Shown here in pieces: positions 51,556-60,480 of a stretch of DNA of 64,000 nt. Numbering within the stretch: the stretch's first letter is position 1; the number at the start of each line of letters is the position of its first letter. Where the stretch lies: NCBI GenBank assembly GCA_008933615.1, contig WBUR01000003.1, forward strand, positions 16,340 through 80,339, read 5' to 3'. The notes beneath the pieces were generated by a model. That model had not been told where the DNA came from. It made no database searches and worked only from the letters and a program-made list of their open reading frames with translations. Made by a program: the position numbers and the translations under genes. This DNA comes from a bacterium. GTDB lineage: Bacteria; CLD3; SB21.

Positions 51556-52281
51556 ATGCCGCATAAATACAAACACTTTCTGTCGTTCACATCAATATCA
51601 TCCATTTTTGGCGCGATAACTACAGCGTTTCTTTTTTTATGGGCATCCGCGGCGCCGCCGGACTTTGAATCGCAATTGAAGCTTGCTGACAACCCTTGGT
51701 ATATGGGAAAACTCTGGATACTTTTCTTTCATCCGCAATTTAATTTTTTGGCTGTTATAGGTATAGCGATAATCCGACTGCGGGAAACGCCGGGATTAGT
51801 GATAAGTAGCGTGTTGTTTTTACTGATATGGATGATCACGGAAATGTCGCAGCAAGCCTTTTTAATAGACGCTCTCAATCAAATGTGGAGGCCGGCTTAC
51901 GTACAGGCCGATACCGAACTGAAAAGAAATATCTACGAAACGCTTATTCGCGGAGCGTCGGGTTTTTCGGACAGTAAATATTTTGTCCTTCTTTATGCGT
52001 TCGGACTAGGCAGTTTGTTGTTGGGTCTGTCATTGCTCCGTGATACCGGCTTGGCAAAATGGATCGGATCCATTCAGATGTTTATCGGGATTTTAAGCCT
52101 GTCGTCTTTTGTTCGATATTATTTTTATTTTTCTTCGCTTGATCCGATAGTCAACTGGTTATATGAATGGATTTATGTTTTTATTCAGCCTTTCGTTCGA
52201 CTACTTATCGCGTATTGGCTTTTTTCTCAAATCAAAAAACTCAATTACAAGGATGAATCTGCGCATGATTATCAAGCGTAG
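51556..52281 (+). CDS. Hypothetical multi-pass membrane protein
   Basis: 241-aa ORF with about 6 hydrophobic segments, first gene after the AraC regulator. Confidence 0.7.
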   Translation: MPHKYKHFLSFTSISSIFGAITTAFLFLWASAAPPDFESQLKLADNPWYMGKLWILFFHPQFNFLAVIGIAIIRLRETPGLVISSVLFLLIWMITEMSQQAFLIDALNQMWRPAYVQADTELKRNIYETLIRGASGFSDSKYFVLLYAFGLGSLLLGLSLLRDTGLAKWIGSIQMFIGILSLSSFVRYYFYFSSLDPIVNWLYEWIYVFIQPFVRLLIAYWLFSQIKKLNYKDESAHDYQA

Positions 52282-52285
52282 CTCG

Positions 52286-53260
52286 ATGAAAAGATGGATG
52301 CTTGTGTTGTTATGGTTCAGTAGCATTCATATAAACGCCCAAAATGAAAATCAGCGCGAGCGCGATTCTATCGTTGATCACCACGTACATTTCTTATCGC
52401 CGGATTTGATTTCCCAATGGAAAGCTCTGGGGATCCCTTTTTCTAAAAAAGATAATTTCTATTCCGATATCGATTCGATCGTGAGACTGCTCGGAACGCG
52501 TCACATGAAACTTGTATCGATGGCGCACGTATTCACTTCTTCAGAATTCGGCCCGCCCGCTTCCGATGCATATGAAGCCGTAAAAAAGGAAAATAACTAT
52601 TTAGCCTATCTTAAAAACAAGTATCCAAAGACTATAAGAGCTTATTATGGAATAGATCCTCTTCAGAATTACACATTGACGGAAATCAAACGCTGTCAGC
52701 GGGAATTAGGGTTAGACGGTATCAAGTTACATTTTAACACTTCCCAGGTATTTTTGACAGAACCGGAACACCGAAAGAAGGTCAAGGAAGTGTTTAAATA
52801 TGCTTCTATACATCAGATACCCGTCTTGTTGCATCTGGATAACAGCCATGGGAGTTTTGGGGAACTTGATGTGCGTTTACTGGCCGACTCGATACTATCC
52901 GGTTTGGATTACGTCAAGCTTCATATTGCGCATTTCGGCACTTCCGGCGGTTTCAATGCAAGGACAAAGAGCGTCATTGATACGTTTACCGAATTATTTT
53001 CAGAGCAGCATCCGATTTCGAAACAACATATACGCTTCGATATTTCGGCGGTTGGGTTGAATAAGGATAGCGATGGAATCGCCCGCCTAAACGAAGAACA
53101 ATTTAAAGAACTGGGTATCTATGCGCGCAAGTTAGGCTTTGATAAAATTGTATTTGGAACGGATTACCCGCTGTATTCAGCCCATGAATATCTGAACGTA
53201 CTAAAAAACAAACTCAATCTTACACCGGACGAGTTAAAACAGCTCTTAATGGAGAAATGA
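52286..53260 (+). CDS. Secreted amidohydrolase_2 family protein
   Basis: Signal peptide from ATG 52286. 'VDHHVH', 'GIKLH', 'LLH', 'AHFG', 'FGTDYP'. Confidence 0.85.
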   Translation: MKRWMLVLLWFSSIHINAQNENQRERDSIVDHHVHFLSPDLISQWKALGIPFSKKDNFYSDIDSIVRLLGTRHMKLVSMAHVFTSSEFGPPASDAYEAVKKENNYLAYLKNKYPKTIRAYYGIDPLQNYTLTEIKRCQRELGLDGIKLHFNTSQVFLTEPEHRKKVKEVFKYASIHQIPVLLHLDNSHGSFGELDVRLLADSILSGLDYVKLHIAHFGTSGGFNARTKSVIDTFTELFSEQHPISKQHIRFDISAVGLNKDSDGIARLNEEQFKELGIYARKLGFDKIVFGTDYPLYSAHEYLNVLKNKLNLTPDELKQLLMEK

Positions 53261-53384
53261 ACAATGATACTGCCGTTAAAGAGTCGCGGAAAATTCCTGT
53301 AGAACTTATTCCAGACGATAACCCTTTCACGTTAATTCATTTAAGACCTGTGTATGCTGCACAACAAACTTACGAGGAGGTACT

Positions 53385-55394
53385 TTGAGTATCAAAATAG
53401 TCCTGTACGTTTATTTGTTGTTTGTCACCCTTGACAATTACAACCTGATTTTGGCGCAGACAAACGTATTTACGAATGTCAATATCATTCCGATGGACAG
53501 TGCGCATATATTGACGGATCATTTCGTTATGGTGACCGACGGGAAAATCGCATATATCGGAAAGGAGAAACCCGCGCGAATCCCAAAAAAAGCACATTAT
53601 ATCGATGCCCGTGGAAAATATCTCATACCCGGATTGATTGACAGTTACGCTCACATCCATGAAAAAAACCTCGGGCTTTTTCTCGCTAACGGTATCACTA
53701 CGGTACGCAATGCTCCCGGTTCCGCCTTTCAGCATGCTCTCAAGAAATTAACCGACAGCCAGGAGCTGATAGGTCCACGAATATACAGCGTTGGACCTGC
53801 GCTAACGGGATCAATAACGGCTTATCATACGCAGGGTGCTTTGGCCAATGCGGAAGAAGTTCGATTTGCAGTAAGGGAAACCAAGCGTATGGGTTACGAT
53901 GCCGTTTTTTCGTATGTTACGATCTCTCCGGAAGTTTATAAGGAGATGTTGGACGAGGCGCAAAAATGCGGACTTCCCGTTCAAGGCCATGTACCCTACA
54001 TGGTTCCCTATAAAGACTATATTGAAGGAAATCAATCATCTTTTGACAATCTTGTCGGGTTAATGAATTTACAAAGCGGAGCCACTTACCCGGAGGAACG
54101 CCTGGCTCAGTTTGCAGATGACTACAGGCGAACTGGAAAATACGTTATTCCCACCCTGACTATCCATAAAGCACGAGCCTCGGCCAGAAAAATAGACAGC
54201 CTAAAAAATCAATCTTCGATGAAATATGTGCTACCCCGCCAAAAGGAGTACTGGCGTCTGAACTCACAACAATACACTTATTCCGGCGCCCCGGATATCG
54301 TAAAGACATTTTACCAAAATGGCGTCCAACTTCTTTTAGGCTCAGACGGCGGTTTTCATTTTGTTGTGCATGGTTTTTCCTATCTTGATGAAGCGCAGAA
54401 TTTTGCCGAGTTGGGAATATCCAACTATGACATACTCAGCGCCGGTACGGTCCACGCGGCGCGCTATCTCGGCTGGGATAAAAAAATCGGGACGATCGAA
54501 GTTGGCAAAGAAGCCGATTTGGTTTTACTTAATCGTAACCCGTTGGAAGATATCAGAGCGCTTGCTGATCACAGCGGCGTCATGATCCGTGGGTCATGGT
54601 ATTCCCGGGAACAACTTGATGAAATGTTAAGAACACTTGAAAAAGAAATTCACGAAATGCCCGCAACAAATCGCATGGAGTTTTTTCCAAAACCGCCGCG
54701 TTCGTTTGAACCTTATGCGCAATATGAAATATATTATAAATCGGTACGGTGTGGAGATGAAAAAATCTATATATCGCAAGACGGTAAGCAACAGTCAAAG
54801 ATCCTGAGTTATAACAGTATTGATCCTTTATGCCAGCGTAACACCATCACCGAATGGACGTTTCAGAATGATAATATTCAAGATACGAAAGTGAAGCGTA
54901 CTTCCATCGAAGGGACTACGGAAGTATCCATGCGACCCAACAAAGGTTATACATCCGTCACCGGTCAGCATCCTATCTTCGGCACGATTAACTTCACGGA
55001 TAGCACGGATGTTCATCGTATAACCGGAGGGCCTAACACATCGATCAATCTGGACGTAGACGTGGTCGGTAACTATTACGTGTTATTTAAGCATTTGAAG
55101 CCGCTGGATATCGGTCAAACCGATAGCGTCATATCAAAAAAAATAGAACTTAATCCCGAAGAGTGGGGACGCCAATCTATCATTGGTAATTCCTGGTACA
55201 AGGTCACACGAGTAATTGCAAATGACACTGTTGCGAATCATAAAAAGTATGAGATTACTCAACCGGGATTCAACGGCTCTCCGGATTTTAACTTCAAAAG
55301 CGTAATTACCGTTAATGAAGATGGTGTGATCGATCATATCACGTTTAATGACAATGTGATCATAAAAAAGGTAAAATGGTCCGCAATAAAGTAG
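53385..55394 (+). CDS. Secreted amidohydrolase-fold protein with degenerate metal site and unknown C-terminal domain
   Basis: GAGGAGG RBS and TTG start. 'IDARGKYLIPGLIDSYAH', 'ANGITTVRN', 'LGSDGG', 'GTIEVGKEADLVLL..NPLEDI'. Confidence 0.8.
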   Translation: MSIKIVLYVYLLFVTLDNYNLILAQTNVFTNVNIIPMDSAHILTDHFVMVTDGKIAYIGKEKPARIPKKAHYIDARGKYLIPGLIDSYAHIHEKNLGLFLANGITTVRNAPGSAFQHALKKLTDSQELIGPRIYSVGPALTGSITAYHTQGALANAEEVRFAVRETKRMGYDAVFSYVTISPEVYKEMLDEAQKCGLPVQGHVPYMVPYKDYIEGNQSSFDNLVGLMNLQSGATYPEERLAQFADDYRRTGKYVIPTLTIHKARASARKIDSLKNQSSMKYVLPRQKEYWRLNSQQYTYSGAPDIVKTFYQNGVQLLLGSDGGFHFVVHGFSYLDEAQNFAELGISNYDILSAGTVHAARYLGWDKKIGTIEVGKEADLVLLNRNPLEDIRALADHSGVMIRGSWYSREQLDEMLRTLEKEIHEMPATNRMEFFPKPPRSFEPYAQYEIYYKSVRCGDEKIYISQDGKQQSKILSYNSIDPLCQRNTITEWTFQNDNIQDTKVKRTSIEGTTEVSMRPNKGYTSVTGQHPIFGTINFTDSTDVHRITGGPNTSINLDVDVVGNYYVLFKHLKPLDIGQTDSVISKKIELNPEEWGRQSIIGNSWYKVTRVIANDTVANHKKYEITQPGFNGSPDFNFKSVITVNEDGVIDHITFNDNVIIKKVKWSAIK

Positions 55395-55665
55395 AAGCCC
55401 CCTAAGAATAATAAAACAACAAATTAGTTTTTCAAGGGCCAAAAGGCGATTAAAAGGAGTATTGGAAGCAGAAGTATCCGAAAAAATGGCTGCTATTACG
55501 AGGTATTAAAAAACTTTATATATTTCTTACAGCCCAAGGGATGATCCCAAAATCGGGCGTTTGGGAACAGCAACATAAAACGAAATTAAATGTAAGTCGA
55601 GCGGGATATGAGAAATTAAAGGGTTTGTTGTAGTTCTGCGCCTCAGCGTCTTCGCAGTAAAATTA

Positions 55666-56445
55666 TTATTCGATCTTCAGAACCGGCTCCAAAACATCCA
55701 GCCTTTTATCATCCTTATAATAGACCCGTTCCAGAAATAATCCCGATGGCGGTGCAGTGAATCGTGCCGGAATATCGGATTTCGACTGGAGAAATTGTTG
55801 AATGTCTTTTGACGTCAATTTTCCGCGGCCCACTTCCGCCATAACACCTACCATTTGCCGGACCATCTTCCATAAAAAATGCGATCCAACGATTCGAATG
55901 AGGATTAGAGCTCCGCTTTCTTTGATCTGAATACTCTCGATCATCACTTTGGAAGATTTGCTTTCCATTTCGTCCGGGGCAAAAGATTGAAAATTTTTCA
56001 GCCCGACAAATAATTTTGCCGCATCCTGCATTTTCTGAATATTCAATTCATCCTTGATCCACCAAACAAACCGTTTTCCGAACGCGCTCCGGCGGCGCGA
56101 GATCTGATACAAGTAACTGCGCGCAACAGCGTCATGCCGCGCGTGAAACTTGGTATCTGCTTTTTCGATGTCCAGAATATGAATATCGGCGGGCAGGGCA
56201 TCGTTGATCTGAATTCGCAGTTTAAACGGTTCGAGTTTTGTCACCGCCTCCAGATGTGCCACTTGCCTGAGCGCATGCACACCGCCATCCGTACGTCCGG
56301 AAGCGTACAATTCGAACTCGTTCGTATTCAACACCTTCTCGACCGCAGTGATAATTTCGCCCTGAACGGTGCGCGCTTCTTTTTGCGCCTGCCAGCCGCT
56401 GTAACGGGTTCCCTCGTATTCGATAATTAGTTTGTAACGGGACAT
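55666..56445 (-). CDS. truA: tRNA pseudouridine(38-40) synthase
   Basis: 'EYEGTRYSGWQ', 'ASGRTDGGVHA', 'FHARHDA..RSY.Y', 'FLWKMVRQMVG', 'TAPPSGLFL'. Confidence 0.95.
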   Translation of the reverse strand: MSRYKLIIEYEGTRYSGWQAQKEARTVQGEIITAVEKVLNTNEFELYASGRTDGGVHALRQVAHLEAVTKLEPFKLRIQINDALPADIHILDIEKADTKFHARHDAVARSYLYQISRRRSAFGKRFVWWIKDELNIQKMQDAAKLFVGLKNFQSFAPDEMESKSSKVMIESIQIKESGALILIRIVGSHFLWKMVRQMVGVMAEVGRGKLTSKDIQQFLQSKSDIPARFTAPPSGLFLERVYYKDDKRLDVLEPVLKIE

Positions 56446-56475
56446 GAGATCAACCTTACGTGCAACGCACGCTTT

Positions 56476-56946
56476 TTAATGAAGCAAAATCTTTTTTATT
56501 ATTCTCTGCAAAAACTTCGGTATTCCCGGCAGATAATTATCAAATGGTTTAATCGAGTAAACAGCCGGTCGTTCGTCGCGGTCATGTTTCATTCCCGGAC
56601 AACCCGAATCATAATACAATTGTCCGTCAATCCGATACCACGGATATTCCCGGCAGCCCTGCGGCCGCGCTGAGTAGCACGAACAGGCTTTATCTTTTAA
56701 TAGCGCACAGGCGAAACCGTTTGATTTTAGTTTAATACTCTTGCCGGAACGAACGAGCGATGGCTCGCCGATTTTTAAAGCATCTTCTTCCGTTACAACC
56801 ACACCGCCGCCCAGAACATCACAACATAGTCCGCATTCCCCGCCGATACAATCCAGCCGGATCGGCGCATCGGCTTTTCGCAGATGTAGTAATCCTTTTT
56901 TACGCGCGTAGAAAATAATCCGGATCAGGCGAAACACGGAACTCAC
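56476..56946 (-). CDS. YkgJ/FliB-like Cys-cluster (Fe-S or Zn) protein
   Basis: 'CIGGECGLCC ... CALL...CSCYSARPQGCREYPW...GCPG'. GTGA overlap with the symporter stop. Confidence 0.85.
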   Translation of the reverse strand: MSSVFRLIRIIFYARKKGLLHLRKADAPIRLDCIGGECGLCCDVLGGGVVVTEEDALKIGEPSLVRSGKSIKLKSNGFACALLKDKACSCYSARPQGCREYPWYRIDGQLYYDSGCPGMKHDRDERPAVYSIKPFDNYLPGIPKFLQRIIKKILLH

Positions 56947-58424
56947 GTATTCTCCTTTTGTTGTAAGAGAAATCCGATTCCCAGCATGAGCGATGAGACC
57001 AGAAGGCTTGACACCGGCGCGAGAAATACAATTTCGTCATTGATAATATACTTGCCATAACCCGCGGTTGCCCATCCTGCAATAAATCCTGACGCAATAC
57101 TCACGGATGCCCAGCGGGATAGCTTCTGCAGTTTGGTCTTATCGCCAAATAAGGCGGCCATGATGGAAGGGAATAAGCCCAACTGCGCTCCGTAGATCGC
57201 AAATACAAAATCGGCGATGGAAAAACCGATGGATGACAATATCACCACAACGCCCATAGACAACAAAGCAGCTGTGATTAAGATCAATCTTGAAATCCAG
57301 AGCTCTCTTGCGGAATCAATCCGCTCTTTTAGTTTTCTCCCTTGCGAAATCAGATCTTCATAAACCGTGTGCGATACGGCGATCAATTGTGTTGACGCGG
57401 TGGACAGCATCGCGCCGTATAAGCCGAGCACAACAAAGAACAATGCCATCATCGGAATAAGTCCATTCATTCCGCCTATCGCGTTGAGCAGCGTCAAAAG
57501 AGGATTTACCCGTTCCATCGGCACGATGACCATAAATGCGAGACATGCCGTGACAACAAACAATCCCCAGCTCAGCGCAGAGATGAAGACGCTTGAAAAT
57601 AGTCCGCGGTATACCGTTTCCGGTTTCTGCGATGCGGCTATACGCTGCCAGACGCTCATGTCGGAAATAAAAGTTGGAACATTGATCACCCATACGCCCA
57701 GAAGAAAAGCGGGCAGTTCTTCACGCCAGGTAAATTGTTTTATTTCATCCGGAATGTTGGCAAGATTGACCGCCCAGCCTTCATGGCCGCGCACGAAATA
57801 AAAATAAAAACCAAGCAGAGCGGCGAGAAACAGCCAGATGGAAACCATTTGAATGCGGTCCGTCACGATCACGGCGCGAAATCCGCCGTAGGACGTGTAT
57901 GCGAGTCCTATCAACGCCAGAACAGAAACCGCCAGCCAAAGCGGAATTTCAGGAATCAGGCTGGCAAGAAATCGGGAACCGACGGTTAGTTCCACGGCAA
58001 ATGCGCCGAGAAAACCAAGGCTTGTGCAGGCGGCGCCGATCATGTACAAGGAACGGGAATTGAATTCCTGTCCCAAGAACTCATGCAGCGTCGGGCGATG
58101 GTCGTAAGCTGACAACTTTGTCCAGATTCGTTTTGCGACAAAACGTACGCAGAAAAGTCCGATCGACGTTGTGATCACCGTCCAGAAGAGCCACACGCCG
58201 AGTTCCGGCGCCAATTCAAAAAAGGCAAGAACGACCGTCGCCAGGGAAATGCTGGTAGCAACGGTGCTTGAGGAAAATTCAGCTGAATTTCTTATTTCAG
58301 CCTGATGTCCGCCGGTTAAAGGAATGAGATCGGCCAGGTTGCGGTTTTTCCTTCCGAGCAAGAAACCGACAAATAAATAAACGGAAAAAGCGCAGAGAAG
58401 CGCCGCTGCAACAGTTACCGTCAT
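56943..58424 (-). CDS. Sodium:solute symporter (SSS) family transporter
   Basis: About 13 TM helices. 'TLHEFLGQEF', 'YTSYGGFRAVIVTDRIQ', 'WQRIAAS', 'AMLSTAST'. ATGA overlap with the CDPS stop. Confidence 0.88.
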   Translation of the reverse strand: MTVTVAAALLCAFSVYLFVGFLLGRKNRNLADLIPLTGGHQAEIRNSAEFSSSTVATSISLATVVLAFFELAPELGVWLFWTVITTSIGLFCVRFVAKRIWTKLSAYDHRPTLHEFLGQEFNSRSLYMIGAACTSLGFLGAFAVELTVGSRFLASLIPEIPLWLAVSVLALIGLAYTSYGGFRAVIVTDRIQMVSIWLFLAALLGFYFYFVRGHEGWAVNLANIPDEIKQFTWREELPAFLLGVWVINVPTFISDMSVWQRIAASQKPETVYRGLFSSVFISALSWGLFVVTACLAFMVIVPMERVNPLLTLLNAIGGMNGLIPMMALFFVVLGLYGAMLSTASTQLIAVSHTVYEDLISQGRKLKERIDSARELWISRLILITAALLSMGVVVILSSIGFSIADFVFAIYGAQLGLFPSIMAALFGDKTKLQKLSRWASVSIASGFIAGWATAGYGKYIINDEIVFLAPVSSLLVSSLMLGIGFLLQQKENT

Positions 58425-59152
58425 GATGGATTTTTGCTTTTTTTGGTGATGCGCAATTCGACGTTGATGCGCTGTTTCAATGCGGGAGGAATGTGCGGAA
58501 ATTTACCGGCGGCAATATCCACTAGTACGGGAATTTCGGCGCCGGGATATACTTCCACCGCCCAGCCGTTTTCGACAAGAACGCTGAATACCGCTATCTC
58601 TTCAAGCAGATATTGGGTTGATAAGGCTATGGCTGTTTTTTTGTCTACAACGGGGCTTTTTTTATTTTTCATCTGGCGAGAAATAAATTCAGTCGATGTT
58701 TTATCGATCGATTCCCGAAATTCAAAACTGGATACAAATAGTTCATCCAGGATCTTTTTCGCCTTATGGTATTCCGGCGAGTCGAGAAACGACTTCCAGC
58801 GTGTCACACGAAATTTTTCTTTAGGAAGTAGCGACAGATATTTTTCGGACTCTTTTAAAAAAGCATCGCCCATGCGCAGCGATTCAATTTCAGCTTCTTT
58901 GGCCTGTCGGTTGTAGAAAATATGTTCGTTATAACGCTGAAGATAATCGCCTACTACAATCAGGCATTCGTCAAAATGACGTGAAATCCATTCGAGCAAT
59001 ACCTGGAACGATTCGCCGCGGAACTGCGGATTGCCAATGCTGATACCGAGATAACATCGGCGGTGGAGAAACAGTTCTTTCTGCGTGATCGCCGGCGCGA
59101 TACTCTCGATGCGTGTGGTGTATTCGGTTAATAGATCTTTATTTGTTGTCAA
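58421..59152 (-). CDS. tRNA-dependent cyclodipeptide synthase (CDPS), probably XYP subfamily
   Basis: 243 aa. 'YLGISIGNPQF' (catalytic Ser motif GxSxxN), 'YLLEE' (AlbC Y178/E182 equivalent), 'VYPG' (Y202/P203 equivalent). TTG start overlaps the upstream gene by 14 nt. Confidence 0.88.
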   Translation of the reverse strand: MTTNKDLLTEYTTRIESIAPAITQKELFLHRRCYLGISIGNPQFRGESFQVLLEWISRHFDECLIVVGDYLQRYNEHIFYNRQAKEAEIESLRMGDAFLKESEKYLSLLPKEKFRVTRWKSFLDSPEYHKAKKILDELFVSSFEFRESIDKTSTEFISRQMKNKKSPVVDKKTAIALSTQYLLEEIAVFSVLVENGWAVEVYPGAEIPVLVDIAAGKFPHIPPALKQRINVELRITKKSKNPS

Positions 59153-60284
59153 GTTCGTTCCAGAGTTTTTCGATGTGTTTGAGTTTTTTCACGGTTTCGT
59201 TGTATGTAAAACTCGTGCCGTAGTGTACACGGTCTTCTTTGGCGTTCATCACGGAGTTATCCGCGAACGCCACCACGTTACCGCCGCGGAGTTTATAAAA
59301 CCAAAGATTATTCATCTCGACGGATTCGTGCAGCAGGATATCGTCAAACTGTTTGATCTGCGGATATCCCCATTTGATCTGGATCTTTTTCATCGCTTCG
59401 TTGAATCGAGGCAGGCGCTGTTCATATTTTTTGTGATTCTTTTCGAGGAAACGTTTGAAATTGGTTGTGAATTCCTTCAACACCTCTTTGCGATTGGGCG
59501 AAAGGTACATGATCTCCAGTTTTTCAAAATGTCCTTCCCATAAAAAGCTGTGATCGAAAAAATCAAAATTGGAATTATCCGTGAACATACGGTGGTCACG
59601 AATGGTGCCGACAATGTGCGTGATGCGCGACCGGTTTTTCTCTTCCCATTTCGCCAATTCATTGGGTGAAATGCGCGGGACGTAGCCTTGTAAATTTTCA
59701 AGCAGGTCTAACGAAAGATCGAGGTAAAACGGCGGCGTGGAACTCAACAATGATTTAACGTGGCTGTCGAGCAGTCCTTCCTGGTCAATAACCGTCGGCC
59801 GCGGCGTGGTAAGAAAGTTTTCCAGCTCGTTGTCAATATGCCGCGCTTTGATCTCGTCGCCGACGACGCTGGACTCTTCCGATTTGATAATCGGCCAAAG
59901 CGGATCAAATTTTTCAAAGAGATCATGTAGTTCCGCGTCGGCCTCGCCGAGCAGTTTGGACATGGCGCGCATGTCATCAATGGAATCGATGCCGGATTCC
60001 ATCACCTGAATCGCAACCATGATCTTGCAAAGGGGATCGAGTTCGATTCTTTCAAAACTCTTGATTACCAGCACGGCTTTTCCGGGCTGCAGAACGGCCG
60101 AGCCCGCTTCGACCATGCGGTAGGATGAACCGCCTAAGCCTAATTTGGACGCAACTTCATCGGAAGAGAGTACCATAAAATTTCTCATCCGCTGCAAGAC
60201 TAATCCCAATGCCTGCATAAGCGGATTTTTGAAAACCCTCTTAAGAGCTTCCAATTCTTTAGCGGAGGTCTTTGATCGATTCAC
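59139..60284 (-). CDS. XRE-like HTH regulator with large uncharacterised C-terminal domain
   Basis: 'LGLVLQRMRNFMVLSSDEVASKLGLGGSSYRMVEAG' fits the HTH_3/XRE pattern. The remaining ~300 aa were not recognised. Confidence 0.75.
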   Translation of the reverse strand: MNRSKTSAKELEALKRVFKNPLMQALGLVLQRMRNFMVLSSDEVASKLGLGGSSYRMVEAGSAVLQPGKAVLVIKSFERIELDPLCKIMVAIQVMESGIDSIDDMRAMSKLLGEADAELHDLFEKFDPLWPIIKSEESSVVGDEIKARHIDNELENFLTTPRPTVIDQEGLLDSHVKSLLSSTPPFYLDLSLDLLENLQGYVPRISPNELAKWEEKNRSRITHIVGTIRDHRMFTDNSNFDFFDHSFLWEGHFEKLEIMYLSPNRKEVLKEFTTNFKRFLEKNHKKYEQRLPRFNEAMKKIQIKWGYPQIKQFDDILLHESVEMNNLWFYKLRGGNVVAFADNSVMNAKEDRVHYGTSFTYNETVKKLKHIEKLWNELDNK

Positions 60285-60339
60285 GATGACTTTTAAAGTT
60301 ATATTTAATAATGATTTAGTTTTACTATTTTAACGCTTT

Positions 60340-60414
60340 AACATAGTCAAATATAACAAAAAAGTCAAAAAAATAAAACATCAATATTGACTTAAATAAA
60401 AGTTGCCGTATATT
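60340..60414. promoter_or_regulatory. Divergent sigma70-like promoters with candidate operator
   Basis: Minus strand TTGACT(60368-63)-N17-TATGTT(60345-40). Plus strand TTGACT(60387-92)-N16-TATATT(60409-14). Perfect palindrome TCAATATTGA at 60381-90. Confidence 0.5.
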
Positions 60415-60480
60415 GAAAGGCAAGTATTACGGAATCACATCATCTACCCAAAATGTAGCGGTCCGCAAAATCGGGTTCGT

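Noticed and set aside
55523..55534. TTTCTTACAGCC, reverse complement of 12 nt in the structured element and vaguely like an IS end
   Set aside because: Similarity does not extend, and there is no partner repeat or transposase. Compatible with chance.
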